Below, one piece after another: positions 25,978 to 38,704 of a DNA stretch of 64,000 nt. Positions within the stretch are counted from its first letter, which is position 1, and every line of letters starts with the position of its first letter. Source of the DNA: Somniosus microcephalus (Eukaryota); NCBI GenBank assembly GCA_052327205.1, contig CM126225.1, forward strand, positions 6,634,001 through 6,698,000. Direction: 5' to 3'. The notes beneath the pieces are model-generated. The model had not been told where the DNA came from. It made no database searches and saw only the letters and a list, made by a program, of their open reading frames with translations. The position numbers were made by a program, and so were the translations under genes.

Positions 25978-28900
25978 GCACCAAGAATGCACCATTACTT
26001 GTACCATACACTTCAGAGGCCAACATTGGTTCAAAGGCGGTGGGAAGTCTGCAGTGTTTTAAATGCATCTTTTATTATTGTGTCTGTTGTGGTGTCGATT
26101 CGCAGTGGTAGCCATCGAGCTGCAGAACACAGATATCTCGTGTGAAAATACTGATGATGATTTCGCCGCTCATCTCTTGGAATTAACAAGTAAAAATGTT
26201 GAATTTTATTGTAAGGGCCTGTTGTAGCGACTGTTTATTTTAATAAACACAATCTTGGCCTACTCCTACTCCTATTTCTCCTGTTCTTATGTCAGAATCC
26301 TGTCTAATCGCCAAATAGCTATTTTAAAACATCCCATAATTATTTATTTGACTAACTTGTTTCCCAAACTACCACGCATTTTTTATTGATCGTAATAATT
26401 GATTCAAAATGTCCTTTCAAGGTGACTTGCGCAATATATCCTCCCAAGGTACAGTAGTTAATTAGTACCAGTCTGCCTGTTTTACAATAATTTTAATTGC
26501 AATTCTATTGAGACGTCTTAAATCTAACCAAAAATGAGCACACCGTGTTCCAGTCAGAGCATGCAAGTATTGCCCTGTGATTGTCACCGTTCTGCCAATC
26601 AAGCATGTGGAATGTGGCACAAATCTCGTTATTTGTTTTCTTTTGAAATTGAAGTCAAAACTGCAACAAATTCTTTGGAAAAAGGATTAACCCGAGTAAC
26701 TTATTTAAACCTTTCACTCTGTACATTGGTTGTGAATTTTTTTTTTTTTACTTTAGGGACGCGTTTTATTCCCCGCGGTATAAGAATACAAAATATTGGA
26801 GGAAATATTACATCATGCTTGGCCGGCCCGCACACATTAGCATCGAGGCTTTCGCTGACGCCAGCGCTTTCTCTTCAGAGTTCGTTCATAAATCCATGCA
26901 GTTCGCTGGATCCGAGAAAAATAATTGATGAAAGTACAAAAAGAAACAGAGAAGTTGGTCATTCATTCATCTCTATGTTGATGCTGCAGCATAGTTTTTA
27001 AACTGGCTTTCCAGGGTTTATGGGAGGGTTCATTTCAGGATCGTGGATTAAACCCAAGCATTGTGAAATGAACAAATATGTTCGTTTGCAATCAACATAG
27101 GAATAGCAGGATACTTAGTGCCAATGAAACTACTGCATCGCTGCAGGACAATGGTCTTGGAACGTGGCTGAGCTGAGCTCTCCAGCAGCTTTGAAAATAA
27201 TTCCCTATCGAAAGCAATGAATAGAAATATTCATTCGTTTTCAATAAGAGCGCTGACTAATGCACAAAATGTTCAGCACTCGGCCAAGGTATAAGACTCT
27301 CAGAAGCGCTGTTCATACACAGTAATTTTTGTGAGCATTTTAAACTTTTAGCCGATGCTCTGAAGAACGACACTCGGTGTCTACACACCAACATCCAAAC
27401 AGATTATTTAACTAGCCAGCAAATAAACTGCCGCTTTCCCGTCTCGTTTCTCCGTGCACTTGTAGTACCCACTCCGCGAAGACTAATGGTTAGCAGTAAA
27501 CAAATTCAGCCCTCAAACGGATGCTGGCTCAAAGATAGACGAACCGACCACTTCCCCCTGTTTTACTGACAGGCAAACATGTTCCTCATTCCAACTTTCT
27601 CCTCATAAACTCCTGTCCGAAAGGATGTCTACAGACATTCTCGAAATTAAATATCTCAAGCATTTTTTCACCGGCTTACTCTTTAAACGTTAACATATAT
27701 CTTCCTTTTGCAAAAAAATCTGTAACTATTTATAAATAATCCCTTTCGGGATGTCTAACAAAAATTGAAAGTTGGTAACTTTTCTATTTTTAGTGAAACT
27801 TTTAAAATGTAAACTATGTTGCAGTTACGTACGGTTTGACATTGAAATAGCAAACAGAAGTATTCCACTTAAATATACAAACATCAGATTAATTCTAAAA
27901 TGATAGTATTCGTGCACATATCTCAATAAAAACCTTTAGCACGTGGGTTTAGGAATACACTGATTTTTTTGTTAATCTAACCATAACACAAGGGACAATA
28001 TCTGTTTTGCAATATTTTTTGTGATAGAAAATACGAAATTCAAGAGCGAGGTTAAGGAGACTGGTTGTCTGGGATAAAAACGGAAGATTCCGGAAAGACA
28101 CAGCGGGTCAATTAACAGCGGCGGAGACAATGGGCAAGTAAGCCGTTGGTAAACACCTGAAAGCCTCGCCGGTTTTACTGTTAGCAGGTTGAGTGATTTG
28201 CTGAGCATTTTAGTGCATTTTATTTTAATTTCAAATTTCTAACATTGCACGAATTAAATATTTAAAAACTCTGGCTTTGTATAAACATAATTAAATAACT
28301 TTGAATACAGACAAAACAAGTGAGTTTACAGCGTTATTTCCAAAGCCGGATTAATGTGACAGGCTGATTTTTGCCTGTTTAACCGTTGCCCAGGCTTTAC
28401 AAACACACAAGTAACCTGACTCCCGCAAATGTTCATCACCTTTACTGTGTCGTAATATTGTAGCAGGTATAGAGAGGAAATAGGGAGCATTGCACCAGAT
28501 AAGGTTCCTCCTCCCCTTAAAGGAACTGCAAATTGAACATTAATTATTTTTCCTGTAAATGCACCCCATGATCAGCGTGTAAATATCTAGTCCCACTCTG
28601 CGTGTTTCCGACAGGATCGCATTTTTCAAGTGTCGTTTTACAATGAAGTTCTACAAGTTTTGTATAAAATAAAAACATTTCGTCTATAAAACAAATTTCA
28701 GCGATTTTTCCCCTTTTATCGCCGATTCCTGTCCTGTAGGCACAATTAGCGCCCATCTGATTTTTAATAATTTCACTCGTTCAGTACAAATGAGTTACTT
28801 CAACCGCAAACAGGTCTACTCGGGTTGGGGGAAACTGAATCAGGAAACAAAATGATTACAGACTGGTTCCACAATTAATGCAAGATAAACTGTGTCTCGC

Positions 28901-30479
28901 CCAGTCCAAGAAGCGTGAAGGAATTGGTCTGAATGGTAAACCAATACATACCGTTTTAAATCCAAGTTTGGAGGATCACGCCGTTCGTAACAACCGCTTT
29001 ACATTCAATGTCAAAACGGCACACACAAAATGATCAATGATGGAGAATAAAGAAGGCAAAATTGTTTTAACAAAAATGTAAATCGTTATAAATGATTTTC
29101 TTTTATTTTTTAACGAGAGGTCAAGGTGAAAAGCTAAGGTCCAGAGTGCACCGCACCACAAAGGCTCCTCCAAACAGTTAAACAAAAGAGGAGGAAGTCA
29201 ATTAGAAAATAATGATTAGGTGACGCTAATATTGCGATTTAAAGTCCTGAAAACGGTAGAAAGGTAAAACTGAGGGAGGTAAGAAGGCGCACGGTTCTGG
29301 GAAAGAAGGATCCGCAGTGGGAACCTGTGAATGAGTGTTGAGGATGCAGGGAGGGGGGGTGGTTTATGGAACCACACACTTGGAGCTTACAAGGAACAAG
29401 CCCGAGAAGTTCATAGCTGCAATGGTCATAGCAGAGAGACAGACAGACAAAGACCGAAAGGGTATGATGAATACATTACTTACTCTTAATAGGTTTACAT
29501 ACTGGAGGCAACTTAGGAGAAAAGAGCCGATGTGATTCATTTTACACCGTGCAGGGTTGAACTTGTACCTGTAATAACAACACCAAGAAGTGGAAAGCGT
29601 CAGCACTCGCGCAATGTGTGTGCATAATATTAACTCGTGCAGTGCTCGAGTTTCGAGGTCCTCGTTTTCATTGGTTGCAAAAGTCTCATTTTACACCTTA
29701 AAAGGTTCCTACACTGTTTCCGGATTTCAGTTGCAATCGGGACAAAGTCACATAACCATAAATTGTCAATATTTCTGTGTATTTTTCCACTGAGTTTGTA
29801 TCATAGCAACAGCTCTGTAGATTGTGACACTTTCACCTTTCCTATACACAGAGACATGCACAATATATCTTTCCACACAAATATAAACTCTCTCTCACAC
29901 AAGTATACCGCAGCCTTTACTACACACACATTCTCGCTCTCACACAAAAGCTGTAAAGGTCAAAATAATTAAACTATTAAACGGATATTTGCTAGAAATA
30001 TTCAATAGGGAATATAACACTATCCGGCCATCCAATTCTTGTAACATTCCCGATGACAGAGGAGTTTGTAGTTAGTACGGCGGAGCTGCTTGCCAAGTTA
30101 ACGGGACTTTAACACTGACAAATTATTTGGGACTGATGGGATCGAACCTGTGGATTTTGACGCCAACAAGAGAGGAATTTGCGTCGCAAGGCTATCGTCA
30201 TGAGCGAATCACTGGGCACTGCTGAGGTTTTGTCGGACTGAAAGCAGCATATTTATTGCCTAGGTTTTAAAAGGGTAACATATCTGATCGAGGTAACGAC
30301 AAACTCATTAGCCTAATATCAATAATAGCTAAAATCATGGAAACTATTCTAATGGAAAGGCTGGAGGTCACGTTTATGTAGCATCTTATCACCTGGAGAT
30401 GTCTCAAAGCACTTCACACAGTGATTTATATTGAAGTGCAGTGACTTGTTATTTACACGAATAACTTAATAAGAGTGGT

Positions 30480-30930
30480 CGGGGGCATAAAGGGTTAAAT
30501 TAAGGGGACAGGTTGCATATACATGGCTTGTATTCTCTTGAGTTTAAAAGATTGCGGGGTGTACTAATCAAGGTATTTAAAATGATTAAGGGATTCGATA
30601 GCGTTGATAAATTATTTCCTCCGGTAGGGGAATCCAGAACAAGCGGACACAATCCTTAAATTGGAGCTAGACCATTTAGGTGTGAAATCAGGAAGCATTT
30701 TTTCGCACAAAGTGTAGTGGAAATTGGAACTCTCTCCCCCAAAAGATTGTGGAAGCTGGGGGTCAACTGAAATTTTCAAGACTGGGATCGATAGATTTTT
30801 CTTGGGTAAGGGTATTAGGGGAAATGGAACGAAGGCGGGTAAATTGAGTTAAGGTACAGATCAGCCATGATCTAATTTGAATGTCGGAACAAGCTCGATG
30901 GGCTGAACGGCCTGCTACTGTTGCTATGTT
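30480..30930 (+). mobile_element. CR1 LINE 3' fragment, flanked by older CR1 RT remnants (~30270-31370)
   Basis: Same family as 19120-19586 (gtacagatcagccatgatct..gggctgaacggcct). Confidence 0.8.
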
Positions 30931-31559
30931 GAAAGAGCCAGCATTGAGTTAGGAGGTGGAGAATTTTACAAACCCTTTGGAATAATTTGAAGATTGGACA
31001 GACAAAATAGTGAGATTCTAGGATATTATTCATTTGGAACTTTCAGAACTTAAACTAAAAAATACAAGGATCCAGGGTAGAACTGAATAAGATGTTGGTT
31101 ATGAAATAGGAAACCGGATACTGGGTTGAACTGGGGGAAATTAGAGCTGTCCCACTAGGGTTAATGCTGAGATCTCTGTGTTTCCCCCGGTCTACACTAA
31201 TTACCTGGATATCAGAAATGATCAGGTTTGCTGAAATCGATTTGCAGAAATATTAAAATCTGTTATGCAGCCGAGCAGACAAATGCGAAATTAACTTGAT
31301 AAATGTAACGTACATATCGTAGGTATACAACGTTTGCAACCGAACTATCAGAACGAGAAATAGGCAATCTTTATACAACCACCTTTGTGTTAATGTGGAA
31401 AGGATTCTGCTGAAATGCAAAATCAACAGTATTGGTGGTCCAAGATCTGAGTCTCCTTCTAATATGAGGTTTCAGACACATTCTGCTGTGGACTGACTCC
31501 AGTATAACTTCATTTTGAATAGGTTCGTGCCTTGAATATCTCTTAATATCTCTCAATGT

Positions 31560-31775
31560 CTCTCACTCTCTCCTGCTTTCTATCCTATCACTGACCTTCC
31601 CTTTTGTTCTTTCATCCCCTCCCCCTTTTCCCAACCCCCAAACTTGCTTTCCATTTCCTGCTTTTTTTCCAGTTCTGACGAAAGTTCATCGACCTGAAAC
31701 GTTAACTCTGTTTCTCTCTCCACGGATGCTGCCTGGCCTGCTGAGTTTTTCCAGCGTTTCCTGTTGTTATTTCAG
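31560..31775 (+). mobile_element. Penelope-like element 3' tail (pLTR remnant)
   Basis: Near-identical to the tail following the GIY-YIG ORF at 58020-58120. Confidence 0.8.
31671..31707 (+). ncRNA. Minimal hammerhead-ribozyme-like motif (PLE type)
   Basis: AGTT-CTGACGA-(weak stem II)-GAAA-CGTT-AACT. Confidence 0.45.
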
Positions 31776-32129
31776 GTTCGTGTATAAACAGGAATCGCGT
31801 GACGCAATGTACAGTCTCACAGTGTGTATTGAATCCCCAATACAAAGCCAGAACAGATTAGATACAACTACAAAGTAAGTAAAACTCTTGTCTTGCACAT
31901 ATGTATTACACTTCGTTTTACAATGCGGCTACAGAGCTTCCGAATGCGTAATCTGCGCATGCCTGTGCACAATGGTCTATATGTATGTGCCTGTGTCATA
32001 ACGTGTAATTCCATTTTCTGTGAATGCGTGGGCTGTCTAAATCAGTTTCATTGTAACTTCAGTCTGTAGAACTGATTCAAACTGAGACATGTACCAGTCT
32101 CAGACCATATATGTAGTGTAATTGCAGCC

Positions 32130-32545
32130 TTAGAAATTGACCTGAGAGTGATAGCAAACTTATCACCCTCGAAGTCTAGACAGTATGGCAAGTCAATGTA
32201 AATAAGAGAATGGACTGCTGGGATATATACTCAGAAGAAAGGCTTTAGAAGTTATGTTGAGTCCTTACAATGTACAGGCCAGACCCCACTTGGAGTACAG
32301 TGTTCTGTTCAGGTCACCGCGTCACAAAAGCATATACATGGCGCAGGGCAGAGCAACATAAACAACCCGAAGCATAAAGGGGATGAGCTGTGAGAGAAGA
32401 CTGGAGAAACTCAAGTTCTATAATCTAGAACGAAGTTAAAGGGAGACCTCATGGAGGTATAAAATATATTAAGTGGTATCGATTAGGTAAACTAGGGACA
32501 TTACTTCCATATAATCCAGGAAGTGAGAACCAGAGGATATGCATT
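32130..32545 (+). mobile_element. Old CR1 RT fragment
   Basis: agaccccacttggagtacagtgttctgttcaggtcaccg resembles RPHLEYCVQFWSP. Confidence 0.7.
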
Positions 32546-32942
32546 GCAATTTAATTTTTTGAAAAAATTAAAACAGATATTTGGAAGAACAGCTTTACTC
32601 AAAGTTTACATGTTTGCATGTATGGAGACTAGCCTATTGGATGCTCTAATGGGAAGGATTCGTTTCGATGTTTTTCTCTCGCCCTTGACTTACATTATGG
32701 CCTTATATCCTTCCACTCTGCCTCACACAGAGACATACAAACATAGACTCTTCACACACACGTAAACCTAAACCAAAAGCGTTCAAATGTGATCAAATGT
32801 TATTTTTACATCGGCAAAGGCTGCTATAAAGATATTTCCTAAATTAGTGCAAACAGCTGATTCGATAAGAGTGAACTCTTGTTATTCCTGTAATAAGTTG
32901 CGGCACGCTTTCTCATGAAATGACCTCGAACTGGATCTAACT

Positions 32943-34151
32943 ACGAGCGTTTTCTAAAGTGGTGGAGTTATTTTGAAACTCGTTGGTGTCTGATTGAATC
33001 GCTGATTTTGAATGACAATATCCGAAGTATTTCCTATTTCCTTTGCAGCCGTTCTAAGGTCGGGTTTCACCTCTCGTGAGCGTTTTGCTGAAACACGGCT
33101 GTGATAAACCCAAACGGCAGAAGGCCTGATTCCCTCATACAAATACACCGCACCTTCACATTCACAGCCGTCCACACAAGTCCAAGCTAAACTCTTCGAG
33201 TTTTAATGTTTAAGGAATATTGAACTAAAGTTATCTTTGTACCAGGGAAACTTTGAAGATGCTACAGCCGCATTGAAATGGAGTTGGTGTTTTCAGCTTG
33301 TATTTTATGTTTAGATTTCCGGAAGATGAAATATTGGATGAGGAGATTGGCCTGCATGCCCTGGTAGTCTAGTTGTGAAACAGCAACTGCAAAATACAGA
33401 ACATTCTCACAGATTTCTGTTAGTCTCAAGGTACGGAATTCCAGCATCACACTTCCCAGGCAGAGGAACCTCCAGTGTGAGATTCAGCCTTGACAGGTTA
33501 GAAATATTTTATTTTAGTTAAAATTCTCGAACGTTAGCCGTGCTTATATCACAGCACGAGTCTTTAAAACTCCTTAAATTTGAATCCGAATATCGACCTA
33601 TTCTCCATGAAACTGCAAGTTCGAAACAGGTTGCTGTTTGGGTACAAGTGTAAGTTCATTACCCGTATATAAAACGTATGGTATATGTCAATATGATAAA
33701 TTTGCAATAAGTGTACTTGTATTATCAGTGCAGAAATGTTGTGAATAATTGTCCTGCTTTCTATAGAGTTAATCGCCTGATTGTTTTTAAACAGTGGATT
33801 GTTGAAATATATTCATTATGGAGCTGCTGAGCCTATTTTCATAAATGCACTAACATTAAAACGATGACGATTGAGGTATGTTTTATTTGCATTGATCTGA
33901 TTATTGTTCATGTCTACGTGATCTTTGCTTCCGCAGATAAAGCACATAGTGCTCAATCAATATAAGCAAACCAGCAGTACCTGCGAATTTGTTTTACGAA
34001 TTTTCAGAACAGAACCGATAAACAATGATCAATTATGATGTTATCAATTTTGGGGATTGGACGAAGGGAGAAGAGGAGAGAAGAGCAGGGTGCCCCATGA
34101 CATTAAAATTAACAATTATAATGGCGCTGTGGAAATACTCTGAATCTTCAT
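32943..34151 (-). pseudogene. Hox12-like pseudogene remnant (both exons); candidate psi-HoxB12
   Basis: ATG at 34151: MKIQSISTAPL*LLILMSWGTLLFS..LRP(N), cf. HoxD12 MCERSLYRAG..LLNLQSPDSFYFSNLRPN. Exon-2-like segment ~33125-32943: CAG|GC CTT CTG CCG (cf. GLPW), RSRE-VKPD+6 codons+EIGN (cf. RSRKKRKPY+6 codons+ELEN), CGA TTC AAT CAG..CAA CGA GTT..AAA ATA (cf. RLNLSDQQVKI). Confidence 0.5.
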
Positions 34152-34211
34152 CTCACTCTGATCAATAATGTCATAAAGTAATCGCTGGTCCCATGTTATG
34201 AAGTTCATTGA

Positions 34212-34246
34212 ACGGCAGAGGGCGCGCGGGTGTCGCCACCTGCAGA
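34212..34246. promoter_or_regulatory. Two oppositely oriented CTCF-like motifs
   Basis: + ACGGCAGAGGGCGC (34212-34225); - TCTGCAGGTGGCGA (34246-34233). Confidence 0.45.
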
Positions 34247-34384
34247 GTGCGAGACAGGGGGTATCGGTATGAAACCTACACTGTTGCTCAGTTGAAAAAT
34301 TGATATACATTTCCGACCCTAAAATTCAGATCTTATAATATAAGTGTAATTTAAAATCGAGCAGTTTAATACAACTGCGATAAA

Positions 34385-34510
34385 ACGTCTCCCTACATTA
34401 CAATAGTAATTTTAATAGACGGCACTTCAAAAATATATTTCATTGGGTGTCAAGCGTTTTTGGACCTCCTGAAGTTGTGGAAGGCGCTATATAAATGCAC
34501 ATTCTTTCTT
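34385..34510 (+). mobile_element. Deu-SINE 3' tail remnant
   Basis: ctacattacaa..cttcaaaa..aaggcgctatataaatgca..ctttc. Confidence 0.75.
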
Positions 34511-35689
34511 TCCGTCTTTCCTTAACGCAACTGCACATATTTTCAGCTACATTTATTCATAATCGCGTCTGTAAATTAAGGCTCGAAGCCTCAAAATAAT
34601 AGCCCTGGTGTTGAAATATTAACCTGAAATATACTTTTCCTAAACAGAACCAATTGTCTACAATTTAAACGGCGTGGTTTGGGAAATATGTTTGCAACCA
34701 TTGAGCCGTGCATAAACTTCATCTGTTATTAATAAAACCTACGAAAATTATGTTTTTCTGATAATGTTTAGAGTTTACAGGTGGCTACCCTTAAAATAAT
34801 ACCCCTTCTCCAATTACATCGACTTTGTATCAGTTGTATGTGAATCGCTAGCTGAGTACCAGCCTTGGAGGCTGGTTATTCAGGGTTTTTGTGCATGTAG
34901 ATGTATCCAGAGGAGACCTTATTTGGACTCCTCAGTGGCGGGATCATTAACTTCTTGTAGGGAAAGGGAAGTCGGCTAATTAAGGCGCCAAAGAAAAACA
35001 ATTTTCCTTTCAAAAGCTACCTTTGATGATTACCAAAATTATATTCTCACAGGTTAATTTCTCATCGTGTCAGTTGCCTCCTTCTTTCAAATCTCCCCAA
35101 TACCTCACCCAGCCCTATCTGGTCTTTGTCCAGCCCTAGACCCGAGTTTGTTTCCTCCGATCCTCTCACTCTGGCCTCTTTTGGTTCCTTGTCCTTCTAT
35201 TCCATCATTATGACAGGTGTTAGCCCCACACTGAAACTCCCTACCTCAATTCCTCCACTTTTCTAATCTTCTCGTCCTCAAAAGCCTCCTTAAGACGTTT
35301 TTCAACCATGTTTTTTGACACCTCTTCTGTGACCCCTGGAGGTCAGTTTCTTCGTTGTCCGGTGCCTTCAGGTATTTACTGCATTAAAACGTTATAGAAC
35401 CGCCAATTGCTGTTTGGGGGTGGGGGTGGAGACTGGATCGATTTAATCTGTTCAAATCTAATTATGCAACACTTTAATCTGTACTAAATTACTCCCTATA
35501 ATTCCGTTAAAGTAGTGAGAAATTCCTTACAAATATTTATTTAATTGGGAAGGCCTCCAAGGCAACCCACTGAGCATTTGGATTGCAGGAGAGATTCTAA
35601 AAGCACACAACACGTGTGACAAACAGTTGTACAAATGCACTCCCGGAAAGAGCGTCAAATGAAGATCATAAGTATTTCTCTAACTACTC

Positions 35690-36520
35690 AATGATAACAA
35701 ACATATCACAGTAAGCCCTGTTACAGTAAAACACTGTTCTGACGAAACCTATCAAATTAAACTCCTGTTATTGTGATACTAGTTATAATGACCTATGTTA
35801 GAAGTAATCCACGTTGGAGCCAAGCTCTGTAAAAGTTAGACACTGTTTAATGAGTCGTATCTTAGTGAACCCGGTTATAATCAAATGTGTGATAATGAAA
35901 CCTTATTGTAATTATCACTGTTATAATGAAACCTCGTAATATTGAACCTGTGGACCCCTGTCCTAATGAAACCATGTTATAATCAACATATTGTGAAATA
36001 TGGCAATGATCACTATTATATTGAAACACAGTTTTAGTGAAACTCTGATATAGTGAAGATCTGTTTAATGAAACATTTACAGCAATTTTTTGCTATAACA
36101 AACCTTGTCATTATGAAATAAAAATTATATTCACCTCTGTTATAGTGAACATCTTTTATAATCAACAGTGTTACAGTGAAATGCTGTTATAATGAACAGT
36201 CTTATAATGAATGTTTACTTCCACGAGTCCTGTTAGAGTGAAATTCCTTTAAAGAAAAACCATGTTATAATCTAAAACAAAAACAGAAAATGCTGGAAAC
36301 GCTCAGCAAGCCAGACAGCATCTGCGGGAGAACAGAGGAATTTCAAATGTCAAAATCCAGATCCAGATTTCCAGTATGTGCATTTTATTTGCTTTCTGTT
36401 ACAATCAATTGCGTTTCAGTGAAACTGAATTATAATTATAATAATAAAGTTTGTTATAACAATCTGTTATAACGAGCCCTGTTATCGTGAAATCTTGCCA
36501 TAATGAAATCTTCATTTGCA
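35690..36520. repeat. Highly degenerate ~16-bp tandem array (CTGTTATAATGAAAC-like)
   Basis: Dozens of diverged gttataatgaaac/gttacagtgaaa units; interrupted by a Penelope tail remnant at ~36272-36395. Confidence 0.7.
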
Positions 36521-37414
36521 ATAATAAAATAATTTTTTAAGTTTCCCCATGTAACTTTCTCCAAAGAAAAAGTTGTTTGAAAAATATTTTGCTGCATGTA
36601 CAGTTAACCTGAGAGCCCATTATACAATGGACCGTTTGTTATAATGTACTACAGTGCTGCCATAAAAACTATCACGGAAGAAGTCTGGCCCGGAGATCAC
36701 AGCACAGAGCCACAAAGTGAAAAGGGAAAGAAAAATATCTTAAGGCCTTTACTATTTATCAGGAATCCAATCTGTAGTAAGGGATATTATTACATTCTTT
36801 ACTTGTTGGCATATGCTTGCAGAAACATATTTTACATCAAGGGATACGTTTGTGTGTTCATGTTTTCAGCAACCCAATTAACGAATAGGGCAAAGGTTAT
36901 TTTAAATCATTGCGATGTCGTTTTTGAAAAAGACTCGGACTGATTGGTAAGAGGCGGTAAACAGAAAGTTATTGTAGAAGAACGTAATGGAAGGGCTGGA
37001 ACAAAACATGCTCGCTCTTAATCTGTAAAGTTGAATTTCTCAGGTGTCCAAACGCATTAGGGGCCAGCAACCGCCTCTTCCATCCCACCTTGTGTGAGGC
37101 TAGCTGCTGTGCCTCTTCCTCAGCAATATAGGAAGATAGGGACAGGAGAAGGACATTCAGCCCCTCGAGCTGGACCCGCCATTCATTGATCTGTATCAGA
37201 TGCAAAGAGGCCCTTTCGATAAAACTTCGCCAAGTTATGCTTGGCCTTGCACAATTCCCTTTTCTTGCCATTTCAGTACTTGGCATGGTAGTTTGTAATT
37301 TTGCAACCTTAGCACATGTACTAGCCAAATGAAATCCTTTCGCTTGGCAATTACTTTTCTTTTTATAATGCAGTGGAGTAAATTGTATATTTAATGAACA
37401 GTTATATTTTACTG

Positions 37415-37605
37415 AAAGAAAAGCAGAAAATGCTGGAAACACTCAGCAGGTCAGGCAGCTTCTATGGAAAGAGAAACAGAGTTAACGTTTCAGGTCGGTG
37501 ACCTTTCATCAGAATTGCACAGATGCTGCCTGATCTGTTCAGCGCTTCCAGCATCTGCTGTTTTTATTTAAGATTTCCTGCATCCGCAGTATTTTGTTTT
37601 TGTTT
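37415..37605. mobile_element. Inverted (fold-back) Penelope pLTR remnant with hammerhead motif on - strand (37480-37516)
   Basis: Reverse copy of the PLE tail directly followed by a forward partial copy; reverse complement reads CTGATGA-A-AGGTC-ACC-GACCT-GAAA-CGTT-AACT. Confidence 0.75.
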
Positions 37606-37624
37606 TCGTTATATTTTACTCCCT

Positions 37625-38545
37625 CGTCTGATAATGGTAGGAAGGATGTTTGGGCAATAGAGAGGGTACAGCACAGATTCACTGGGGCGCTGCCTGGTAT
37701 GAGGGGAAATGAATACCAAGAAAGACTTGAGCAATTGGGGCTGGATTCGTTAGAGGAGATAAGAGGAAATTTGATAGATTTTATTTTATTCATTCATGGG
37801 ATGTGGACGTCATCCACAAGGCCAGCATTTATTGCCCATCCCTAATTGCCCTCGAGAAGGTGGTGGTGAGCTGCCTTCTTGAATACAATTGAGTGGCTCG
37901 CTGGGCCATTTCAGAGGGCAGTTAAGAGCCAACCACACTGCTTTGGGTCTGGAGTCACATATAGGCCAGACCAGGTAAGGACGGCAGATTTCCTTCCCTA
38001 AAGGACATTAGTGAACCAGATGGGTTTTTACGACAATTCAGTAGTTTCATGGTCACCATTATAGATACTAGCTTTTTATTCCAGATATAGTCAATTATTT
38101 AAATTTAAATTTCCCAGCTGCCGTGGTGGGATTTGAACTCATGTCTCTGGATCATTAGTCTTTAAAATTAAGACGGGATTGCACAGGGTATACAGAAAAA
38201 GATGGTTTCTAGTGGCTGATGGGTCTAAAACGAGGGGACATAGATATATAAGATTAAATGTAAGCGATTTAGGACAGAACGCTGGGGAAAATGTTTTACA
38301 CAGAGGGTTCTGTGCCTGTGGAATGCTCTACAGGGGTTACTGATTTTACTAATTGATTCAAATACCATGTCAACATAGGTTAGGCAGATGGTTGAACGCA
38401 GAGAGGGGTGGGCAGTGCACAATGGGATGCAAGAACAGGTGGGCACATGAGATTAGGAGTATACGTCACGTGGAAGATGAACATCAATACAGACTAGTTG
38501 GGCCTAATCACACGTGTCTGTGTGTTCTATGTAATTCAATGTAAA
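37625..38545 (+). mobile_element. CR1 3' fragment split by a SINE insertion
   Basis: AIERVQHRFT..YQERLEQLGL..RGNLI, resuming at ~38165 with FTQRVLCLWNAL. Confidence 0.75.
37783..38160 (-). mobile_element. tRNA-derived SINE, second family (possibly Meta-domain type)
   Basis: Reverse-complement B-box GAGTTCAAATCCC; core GTCCTTTAGGGAAGGAAATCTGCCGTCCTTACCTGG; tail shared with the LINE at 44105-45750. Family label from memory. Confidence 0.75.
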
Positions 38546-38704
38546 AGTAACACGTGGCAAGGCCCGAGCTATACTTTGAGCTGCGACTTACACTCTGCTC
38601 ACTAGACGGAAGCTCTACACACGGGACGAGGCCATTCGGCCCATTGAGCCTGCTCCATCGTCTTGTAAACCACCGTCACATTTTATCGTTTTTTAAAACC
38701 CCAA

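Noticed and set aside
30130-30155. B-box-like GGTTCGATCCC on - strand (similar motif at ~56427 on +)
   Set aside because: No cloverleaf; at most a decayed SINE head, not a tRNA gene.
33990-34015. TTTCAGAACAGA (FQNR) on + strand
   Set aside because: Opposite strand to the Hox genes and no flanking homeodomain residues.
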